Shown here in pieces: positions 8,984 through 17,041 of a stretch of 26,421 nucleotides of DNA. Origin of the DNA: an uncultured Candidatus Electrothrix sp. (GTDB taxonomy: Bacteria > Desulfobacterota > Desulfobulbia > Desulfobulbales > Desulfobulbaceae); contig CBDTVG010000001.1 of the NCBI GenBank assembly GCA_965363745.1, forward strand, positions 1-26,421, given 5' to 3'. Position 1 is the stretch's first letter; every line of letters starts with the position of its first letter. The position numbers were made by a program, and so were the translations under genes. The notes below the pieces were generated by a model. That model ran no database searches, was not told the DNA's origin, and saw only the letters and a list, made by a program, of their open reading frames with translations.

Positions 8984-11900
8984 ATGACCAAAAAATTAGA
9001 TGGCCTAGAGGCTGCCCGCACCCTCATCAAATTGCGCAATCAAGCCCCGCCGTTACTGTCCACAGAACAAACAGAGCCATATTTTCCGCTTTCTTTATCC
9101 CAGGAACGATTATTGGCATTAGAGCAATTAAATGCAACAACTCCTTTATATAACTTGCGTTATGCTTTTCACCTGAAGGGTGATTTGAACATGAGCACCT
9201 TAAACCGCAGTTTGGAAACAGTGCTGAACCGTCAACAGGTTTTACTAACCGCATTTGGGATGGCGGAAGGGCAGCTTAAACAGATTATACAACCCCATCA
9301 GGCTGTTAATTTTGATGTGATGGATTTATCCGCCATGCCCTTTGAGCAGGCCAAAGCGCGGATTATCGCCGAGCTTGACCAGCCGTTCAACCTGCAACAA
9401 GAGCTGGCATTTCGCTATCGTCTGTATCGTTTAGGCGTTGATGAGCATGTTTTGAGCTTCACCTTTCACCATATTATTTCCGATTATTGGTCAGAGAACC
9501 TATTTTTTAAGGAATTTACCCTTTGTTATGAGGCGTTTTCAGAGGGAAATGAAACAAACCTGAAACCGCTGCCAATTCGTTATGCCGATTTTGCGGTGTG
9601 GCAGAGGCAATGGTTAAGCCAGCCGGGCGTATTGGACTTTTTGCTGGGGTATTGGCAGCCCCGGCTTCAGGGACTGGCCCAGCCTGATTTGCCAGCGGAT
9701 CATTCATCACAGGGAAAATCGGAACGGCGAATTGCATTTAAGAAGATAACGATTGCAGCGGAGCAAGTGACGACTCTTAAGACATTAGCTCGTACAACCA
9801 AGGTGAAAGTATTTGCCATTTTGCTGACCGCGCTCAAACTGACGCTGGCGGAATATCTTAAAACCGGTGATGTTGCTGTTTTCAGCCCCATCACCAATCG
9901 TCATCGTCCGGAATTGCAAAATCTTATGGGGGATTTTTCCAACCTGTTGATTTTGAGAAGCGATTTGTCGGGAAATCCCACCATTGCAGAGCTGTTGCAA
10001 CGAGTGGGGCAAGTGGTTTCCGGGGCCATTGCTCACCAGGATTTGCCGTTGCAGCTTATCAAAGCCGGCATCCCCCTGAAAATGCCTCAAGTCAGTTTTT
10101 CATACTTAAACATTCCGCAAGAGACATTAGCCTTATCGGATGTGGATGTTGAGTCATGGGATTTGGGGCTTGGCACCAATGATTTTGAAATTTTTCTTTT
10201 GATGATGGAACGCAAGGGCAGTCTGGAAGGGTATTTGAAATATAACGCCAGCCTGTTTTCTGAAACAACTATTCAAACAATGCTGGAGCGGTTTCAGGCA
10301 ATATTAACGGGTATGGCTGCACAGCCTGAACAACCTGTTTCCCTTTTATTATCCAATGAAGTTCCGAAACCGTCCAAGTGCAAATCCGAAAATGGTTTGC
10401 TTCTGCCCATAGCGGCACTTGTTGATCAAGTACAACAACACTTAAAAAAATCGAAGAAGGAAAGCGTTTTACGGCACCGGCTTAGTCAGGCTTCGGCTGA
10501 GGAACAGCATGAGATATTAAAGAAACATATCAAAGCTGAAGTCGAACGGATTGCGGGACGGGTTCCGGATGATGAGCAAGGCTTTTTTGATTTGGGGCTG
10601 GATTCGCTGACCTCTATTCAATTGGGAAATCGGCTGGCCCTGACGTTAGATATTTTCCTGCCGGCAACCATAACCTTGGAACAGCCTACTGTAGCCGCTT
10701 TGACCGACTATCTGGCTGAAATGATTTTCGGAAAACAACAAAGCAGCGTGGAGCCGCCAAAAACCTTGGCAGGCAAAAAATTAAATGCAGAGTCAGAGCC
10801 GATAGCCATCGTGGGCATGGCTTGTCGATTTCCAGGGGGGGCACATACTCCGGAACAGTTCTGGCAGTTGCTCCGTCAAGGTCAAGAGGCTGTGGCTGAC
10901 ATCCCGCCTTCACGCTGGCCGGTTGATGATTATTATGATCCCACACCCGGCACGCCGGGCAAGATGTATGTGAAGCAAGCTAATTTTTTGCAACATCCCA
11001 TAGAAGAATTTGACCCCTTGTTTTTTGGAATGTCTCCTTTGGAAGGCCAGCATCTTGACCCCAGACATCGTTTGCTGCTGGAAGTCACCTGGGAAGCATT
11101 AGAAAATGCAGGGTTACCGGCCGATGCTTTGCCAGCCCAGACCGGAATATTTGCCGGTCTGATGGAGAGCGAGAAAGGTCTGGATACCGGATCGCATGAT
11201 GTTTATGCTGCCACCGGAACCCTGACTTCAATGGCAACCGGGCGTTTGGCTTATTTTTTGGGGGTGCATGGGCCAAATATAACCATTGACACTGCCTGTT
11301 CCTCTTCACTGGCGGCCTTACATCTGGCCTGTCAGTCTTTGCGGGCGGGAGAGTGTCAGGTGGCCTTGTGTGGCGGGGTCAACATCATGCTCTATCCCAA
11401 ATTAATGATTGGGCTTGCCGGAATGCTGGCTTTGTCGCCCGATGGCCGCAGTAAAACTTTTGCCGCAGCTGCCGATGGTTTTGGCCGGGGGGAGGGCTGT
11501 GGCATGGTTGTTCTAAAACGGCTGAGCGATGCCCTTGAGGATGGCGACCGGATTCAGGCTGTTGTCCGGGCTTCTGCGATCAATCATGACGGACCCAGCA
11601 GCGGGCTGACCGTACCCAACAAAACGGCGCAAACCGCCCTCATTCGTCAGGCTTTGGCCCAGGCAGATATTACAGGAAAACAAGTTAGTTATGTTGAAGC
11701 CCACGGCACCGGGACCAAGCTGGGCGACCCAATAGAGGTGCGTGCCCTAGCGGAAGCATTGGGAGAAGACCGGGACACCCCCCTGCTGCTCGGTTCGGTC
11801 AAAACCAATATCGGGCATCTGGACGCCAGCGCCGGGATAGCCGGGCTTATCAAAGTGGTTCTGGCTTTACATCACCAAGAAATTCCGCCCCATTTACATT

Positions 11901-14900
11901 TCGACGAACCAAACCCACTTATAGATTGGGCTAATCTGCCTTTTAAGGTGCCCGTCGTTCCAACTCCCTGGCCGGCGAACGATAAACCCCGTATTGCCGG
12001 GATCAGCGCATTTGGCCTGAGCGGCGCCAATGCCCATGTGATTTTACAGGAAGCTCCTCAGGCAGAGCCAAAAAAGGGTTTTGAAAATCCTTTGGCCCTT
12101 GACCGCCCCGTGCATATAGTAACGCTAAGCGGCAAAACAGAGCAGGCGCTGGCAGATCAAGCGCTTCAATATCTTGATTGTCTCAACGATTATCCGGACT
12201 TGGATACAGCTGATCTCTGTTATACGGCCAACACGGGGCGGATGCACTTTGAACATCGTTTGGCAGTGACGGCAGAGGATGGGGCCGGGTTCAGCGCAAA
12301 ATTAGCCGCCTATCAAAAAGGGAAAACAGTTGCTGAGATGACAGTCGGCAAGGCCAAAAGTGAGAAACCCAAAATTGCTTTCTTGTTTACCGGACAAGGT
12401 TCTCAATATCCGGGCATGGGACGCGAACTGTATGAAACGCAGCCATTGTTCCGCGAGACGATGGCGCAATGCGGGCGGATTTTGCAATCCTATCTGGAAA
12501 TGCCCTTGCTGGAATTGTTGTACGGCGAAAATAAAGAAGAAAGCAATAAGTTGTTATCCCAAACAAAATACACGCAACCCGTTTTGTTTGCCATTGAGTA
12601 TGCCTTAGCCAGACTATGGCAATCCTGGGGAATAGAGCCGGCAGCGGTCATCGGTCACAGTATAGGAGAGTATGTAGCTGCTTGTATTGCCGGGGCATTC
12701 AGTCTGGAAGACGGTTTGAAACTGATTGCTGAACGGGGACGGTTGATGCAGGCCCTGCCCCAAAATGGCATGATGACGGCAGTTCAGACCGATGAGACGA
12801 AGCTGAGACAGGCGATAGCGCCTTATCTTCGCCAGGTTTCAATTGCCGGATTGAATTCGCCCCAAAGCATGGTGTTATCGGGAGAGCGGCAAGCGGTTAC
12901 TCAAATCGTTGCGCAACTGCAGGCGGAAGGGATAAAATGCAAGCCCCTGGATGTGTCGCACGCCTTTCATTCGCCTTTGATGGAGCCGATGCTGGCTGAG
13001 TTTGGTGCGGTTGCACAGACGGTTGATTATGCGGAACCCCGGTTAAAACTGGTTTCGAATCTTAGTGGCAAACTGCTTGCCGGGATCAAAGCGGATTATT
13101 GGGTCAAGCATGTTCGGCAGACGGTGCGCTTTGCCCAAGGGATGACAACTTTAGAGGAGATGGGGATTGATGTTTTCATTGAGATTGGTCCCAAACCGAT
13201 TCTGCTGGGTCTAGGCCAGCAATGTTTGAGCGATCAGGCTGAACGCTTGTGGCTGCCGAGCCTCTATCCTGACCAGCGCTCGGATTGGGCGCAGGCATTG
13301 GACAGTTTGGCGAAGTTGCATGTCCGGGGCGGACAAATTGATTGGCAGGCATTTGATAAACCGTATCCCCGCAGGAAATTATCGTTGCCCACCTATCCCT
13401 TCCAGCGAAGACGGCATTGGGTGGACAGGCCAAGCACTGTCTCCGGACAAGGACAAGCATGGCATCCATTGCTGGGAGAACGGCTTCAGCCCTTGGCGAC
13501 AAGCCGAGAAATTGCGTTTCAGAATCGGATATCGGCTTCCTGTCCTGCCTATCTGAACGATCATCAAATCTACAATCAAGTGATTGCGCCGGCCACCGCC
13601 TATCTGGAGATGGCCTTGAGCGCGGGCAAGCGAATTTACGCCGGCAAAAAATATGTTTTGCAAAATGTCGTCCTGTTACACCCGCTGGCGTTGTCTGAAG
13701 CGACCGAGAGCACGGTGCAACTGCTGCTCACCCCTGTTGACGGCGATGATTATCAGTGGCAAATTTTTAGTCTTAAGGCGGATACGGATGAATGGCAACA
13801 GCATGTAAGTGGCGAACTCAGGGTTTCATTGCCAGACTCTCACACGGAAGATGACTATTCGCTGTCAATCCTGCAACAGCGTTGCACACAGGAGCTTTCT
13901 CTGAGTGCGTATGAAACTTCTCTGCCGGAGGCGCTCTGCTATGGGCCTGATTTTCAGGGGATAAGCCAATTGTTCCGGGGGGAAAAAGAAGCGCTGGGGC
14001 TAATCAGGCTGCCAGAAAATCTGCCTGCCGATGCGTATCAAATTCACCCGGTTTTGCTGGATTGTTGTCTGCGGACAGCGCTGGCTATTCAGACGGATGA
14101 CGCAGAGGGTGCTTATTTGCCCTTTAGTTTTGATCAAATAAGGCTGTTGATGCCTGCCCCCTTAACGTCGGTGTGGTGCTATGCTAAATGGCAGGGCGAT
14201 GTGTCCGGCACGCGGCAGATGGATCTCATCCTGCTCGATGAAGCAGGTCAGGTGGTAGCGGAGGTATCGGGTTTTGGCTTGCGCCAGGCCAATCGTCAGG
14301 CGATAACCGGATCGACGCTCCGCGCCGATTGGCTGTATGAGATGGTGTGGCCGGATGCGCCTCTGCCTCAAAAATCACCCTATGCGAACGAAGCGGGGCA
14401 TTGGCTGATAGTGTCTGAACCCGCAAGCCGTCAGGCTGAGAGACTGGCTGAACTGCTACGAAGCAAAGGCGAAAAAGTCGACCTGCCGGGATCGGCGGTG
14501 AACACGCTTTGCGTTTCAAGTTGCACAAAGTATCGGGGTGTGATTTATCTGGCTGCTCAACCAGATAACATTCAAACCAGTCAAACCGAATTGCCTGAGA
14601 GGGCTTTCGAAATTTCGTGCCAGCTATTGGAACTGGTGCAGAACCTGATCAAAGCGGAAGCCAAACTGGATTTATGGCTGATCATGCGGGATAGACTGGA
14701 AGAGTCCGTTTTGTGGGGCTTGGGGCGAACATTGATGTGGGAGCAGCCCCAGTTAAACTGCCGCTGTTTTGAAGCAAAAGCCGAGACTGCGGCTGAGACT
14801 CTGTTTAAGATGATTTGGCACGCCGATGGAGAGAACCAGATAAGAATTGATGACCGGTCTCAGCGTCAGGTAGCCCGGTTAGAGCAACTGCAGTTGTCAG

Positions 14901-17041
14901 CCTTGGACGCAGACAGCCGGCCTTATCCGTTTCAGATGCAATTGCAACAATACGGCTTACTGGACAGTCTTCAGCTTGTGCAGGCCCAGCGCCGGGAACC
15001 GCAGGCAAATCAAGTGGAAGTCCAGGTGCGGGCAGCGGGGCTGAACTTCCGCGACGTATTGAATGCTCTGGGCATGTTGAAATCGTATTATCCCCCGGAA
15101 CTTGGTTTTGATGATCCGAAAAAGCTGCCGTTCGGTTTTGAAGCTGCCGGGACAATCACACGGATTGGCGACGATGTTGCCGGGTTCCAAGTTGGGGATG
15201 AAGTGATTGTGTGGCAGCACTTTGGCAGTTTAGCTGCCTTCATTACGCTTGACAGTCATCTGGTCGGCAGAAAACCGAAGCATCTGAGTTTTGCAGAAGC
15301 GGCCACAATTCCAATAACCTTTTTGACGGCGTATTATGCTTTGATAGTGCTCGCGGATATGCAGGCCGGGGATAAGGTTTTGATTCACGCGGCGGCCGGC
15401 GGGGTCGGTCAGGCAGCGATCCAGCTGGCTCAACATGTCGGTGCCGAGATTTTTGCCACGGCTGGCCTTCCCAAACAGGATTTTTTGAAGTCACAGGGGA
15501 TTGACCGCATAATGGATTCCCGTACGCTCGAATATGCAGACAGGTGCAAGGAGTTAACCGATGGCCAAGGGGTTGATATTGTCCTCAACAGCATGAATGG
15601 GGAGTACATTCAGAAGAATTTTGATGTCTTGGCTGAAAACGGTCGGTTCATTGAGCTGGGTAAGATAGATATCTGGGATAAGGCGCAAGCTGAAAGTTAC
15701 CGCCCAGATGTTAAATACGCCCCCTTTGATTGGTCTGATATGGCCTCAGCAATGGAATTCAGGGCACAACTGGAAGCGCTTTTGGCGGAAAAAAAGATTA
15801 CTTCCTTGCCTTGCCGCATTTTTTCAATAGAGAAAGCAGATGAAGCGTTTCAGTTTATGGCCAAAGCCAAGCAGATTGGCAAGGTGGTATTGTCGATGCC
15901 GCTCCAACAGCAGGCGACCAAACAAAAACGCATCAAATCTGATGGAAGTTATCTGATAACCGGCGGTTTTGGCGGACTGGGACTGAAAACAGCGGAGTGG
16001 CTGGCAACGCAAGGGGCGACCCATCTGGTGCTGAGCGGTCGTCGAACGGACTCGGAAGCGGCTCAAAGTGCAATAGCTGATTTGGAAAACAAAGGGGTAA
16101 AAGTCAAAGCAGTCAAGGCAGATATTTCGCAAGCGGAAGAGGTAAAGAGCCTGTTGCAGGCCTGTCAGGAATTTGCCCCTCTGAAAGGCATTGTCCACTC
16201 CGCCGGGGTGTTGGATGATGGCGTGATGACCCAGCAAACTCCGGCCCGGTTTGCGAAAACTTTTGCCCCTAAAGTGCAGGGAAGCTGGCATCTGCATCAA
16301 TACAGCCAAAACATCCCCCTTGATTTCTTTGTTTGTTTTTCCTCACAATCATCGTTGTTAGGGAACGGCGGGCAGGCAAACTATGCTTCAGCCAATGCTT
16401 TTATGGATGCTCTGATGCATCAACGGCAAACAATGGGCTTGCCGGCCTTGAGCATTAACTGGGGGGGCTGGTCCGAGGTTGGCATGGCAAAAGAGTTGAT
16501 GGAAAAAGAGGATGAAGCCATCTCGCCGCAGCAGGGTGTTGAACTGTTTGGGGCTTTGTTGGTGCAGGATATGCCGCAGGCCGGGGCTGTTCCGCTTCAA
16601 TGGCGGAAATTCAGTCAAAAGCTGCCCTCGCTTGCCGGATTTCCGGTGTTGTCGAAACTGATAAAGCCGTCCAAATCAACAACTGTAGGCAGATCGTCCC
16701 TGCAACAACAGTCCAGCCAAGCTTTCAGTCAGGCTTCGGTTGAGGAACAGCATGAAATATTGCAAAACCATATCAAATCTGAAATTGAACCGATTGTAGG
16801 AACCGTCCCTGCCGATGAAGAAAACTTTTTTGTTGATTTGGGCATGGATTCACTGATGTCGATTCAGTTGAGCACTCGTTTAACCGCTTACATCGGTGTT
16901 TCCGTATCTGTAACAACAATTTTAGAACACCCGACAGTTCCCAGGCTGAGCCAAGCTTTGTCGAAAATGCTCAGTCTTAAAACAAAGCAAAATCAACAAG
17001 CGCCAAGCGATGATGACGGTTATGAGGAGGGAGAATTATGA
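8984..17041 (+). CDS. Hybrid NRPS/type I PKS: C-ACP-KS-AT(malonyl)-DH-ER-KR-ACP with C-terminal docking motif
   Basis: C: PLSLSQERL, FHHIISDYWS. ACP1: FFDLGLDSL. KS: EPIAIVGMACRFPG, DTACSSSL, EAHGTGT, NIGHL. AT: GQGSQ, GHSIGE, HAFHS (malonyl). DH: DHQIYNQVIAP, HPVLLD. ER: LNFRDV, HAAAGGVG. KR: TGGFGGLG, GVLDD (B type), QANYASAN. ACP2: DLGMDSL. Tail: EEGEL. ATG 8984 is the likely ancestral start; an alternative TTG at 8924 lies inside the MITE. Confidence 0.93.
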   Translation: MTKKLDGLEAARTLIKLRNQAPPLLSTEQTEPYFPLSLSQERLLALEQLNATTPLYNLRYAFHLKGDLNMSTLNRSLETVLNRQQVLLTAFGMAEGQLKQIIQPHQAVNFDVMDLSAMPFEQAKARIIAELDQPFNLQQELAFRYRLYRLGVDEHVLSFTFHHIISDYWSENLFFKEFTLCYEAFSEGNETNLKPLPIRYADFAVWQRQWLSQPGVLDFLLGYWQPRLQGLAQPDLPADHSSQGKSERRIAFKKITIAAEQVTTLKTLARTTKVKVFAILLTALKLTLAEYLKTGDVAVFSPITNRHRPELQNLMGDFSNLLILRSDLSGNPTIAELLQRVGQVVSGAIAHQDLPLQLIKAGIPLKMPQVSFSYLNIPQETLALSDVDVESWDLGLGTNDFEIFLLMMERKGSLEGYLKYNASLFSETTIQTMLERFQAILTGMAAQPEQPVSLLLSNEVPKPSKCKSENGLLLPIAALVDQVQQHLKKSKKESVLRHRLSQASAEEQHEILKKHIKAEVERIAGRVPDDEQGFFDLGLDSLTSIQLGNRLALTLDIFLPATITLEQPTVAALTDYLAEMIFGKQQSSVEPPKTLAGKKLNAESEPIAIVGMACRFPGGAHTPEQFWQLLRQGQEAVADIPPSRWPVDDYYDPTPGTPGKMYVKQANFLQHPIEEFDPLFFGMSPLEGQHLDPRHRLLLEVTWEALENAGLPADALPAQTGIFAGLMESEKGLDTGSHDVYAATGTLTSMATGRLAYFLGVHGPNITIDTACSSSLAALHLACQSLRAGECQVALCGGVNIMLYPKLMIGLAGMLALSPDGRSKTFAAAADGFGRGEGCGMVVLKRLSDALEDGDRIQAVVRASAINHDGPSSGLTVPNKTAQTALIRQALAQADITGKQVSYVEAHGTGTKLGDPIEVRALAEALGEDRDTPLLLGSVKTNIGHLDASAGIAGLIKVVLALHHQEIPPHLHFDEPNPLIDWANLPFKVPVVPTPWPANDKPRIAGISAFGLSGANAHVILQEAPQAEPKKGFENPLALDRPVHIVTLSGKTEQALADQALQYLDCLNDYPDLDTADLCYTANTGRMHFEHRLAVTAEDGAGFSAKLAAYQKGKTVAEMTVGKAKSEKPKIAFLFTGQGSQYPGMGRELYETQPLFRETMAQCGRILQSYLEMPLLELLYGENKEESNKLLSQTKYTQPVLFAIEYALARLWQSWGIEPAAVIGHSIGEYVAACIAGAFSLEDGLKLIAERGRLMQALPQNGMMTAVQTDETKLRQAIAPYLRQVSIAGLNSPQSMVLSGERQAVTQIVAQLQAEGIKCKPLDVSHAFHSPLMEPMLAEFGAVAQTVDYAEPRLKLVSNLSGKLLAGIKADYWVKHVRQTVRFAQGMTTLEEMGIDVFIEIGPKPILLGLGQQCLSDQAERLWLPSLYPDQRSDWAQALDSLAKLHVRGGQIDWQAFDKPYPRRKLSLPTYPFQRRRHWVDRPSTVSGQGQAWHPLLGERLQPLATSREIAFQNRISASCPAYLNDHQIYNQVIAPATAYLEMALSAGKRIYAGKKYVLQNVVLLHPLALSEATESTVQLLLTPVDGDDYQWQIFSLKADTDEWQQHVSGELRVSLPDSHTEDDYSLSILQQRCTQELSLSAYETSLPEALCYGPDFQGISQLFRGEKEALGLIRLPENLPADAYQIHPVLLDCCLRTALAIQTDDAEGAYLPFSFDQIRLLMPAPLTSVWCYAKWQGDVSGTRQMDLILLDEAGQVVAEVSGFGLRQANRQAITGSTLRADWLYEMVWPDAPLPQKSPYANEAGHWLIVSEPASRQAERLAELLRSKGEKVDLPGSAVNTLCVSSCTKYRGVIYLAAQPDNIQTSQTELPERAFEISCQLLELVQNLIKAEAKLDLWLIMRDRLEESVLWGLGRTLMWEQPQLNCRCFEAKAETAAETLFKMIWHADGENQIRIDDRSQRQVARLEQLQLSALDADSRPYPFQMQLQQYGLLDSLQLVQAQRREPQANQVEVQVRAAGLNFRDVLNALGMLKSYYPPELGFDDPKKLPFGFEAAGTITRIGDDVAGFQVGDEVIVWQHFGSLAAFITLDSHLVGRKPKHLSFAEAATIPITFLTAYYALIVLADMQAGDKVLIHAAAGGVGQAAIQLAQHVGAEIFATAGLPKQDFLKSQGIDRIMDSRTLEYADRCKELTDGQGVDIVLNSMNGEYIQKNFDVLAENGRFIELGKIDIWDKAQAESYRPDVKYAPFDWSDMASAMEFRAQLEALLAEKKITSLPCRIFSIEKADEAFQFMAKAKQIGKVVLSMPLQQQATKQKRIKSDGSYLITGGFGGLGLKTAEWLATQGATHLVLSGRRTDSEAAQSAIADLENKGVKVKAVKADISQAEEVKSLLQACQEFAPLKGIVHSAGVLDDGVMTQQTPARFAKTFAPKVQGSWHLHQYSQNIPLDFFVCFSSQSSLLGNGGQANYASANAFMDALMHQRQTMGLPALSINWGGWSEVGMAKELMEKEDEAISPQQGVELFGALLVQDMPQAGAVPLQWRKFSQKLPSLAGFPVLSKLIKPSKSTTVGRSSLQQQSSQAFSQASVEEQHEILQNHIKSEIEPIVGTVPADEENFFVDLGMDSLMSIQLSTRLTAYIGVSVSVTTILEHPTVPRLSQALSKMLSLKTKQNQQAPSDDDGYEEGEL
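17025..17041 (+). promoter_or_regulatory. Shine-Dalgarno AGGAGG and ATGA stop/start overlap (translational coupling)
   Basis: AGGAGG at 17025-17030; ATG 17038-17040 overlaps the PKS stop TGA 17039-17041. Confidence 0.8.

Noticed and set aside
5768..17041. Calling the cluster anatoxin-a, pyoluteorin or prodigiosin biosynthesis and assigning those gene symbols
   Set aside because: The downstream PKS, cyclase, halogenase or condensation genes of those pathways are absent, and thiazole, Ser and formyl-Gly modules are present instead.
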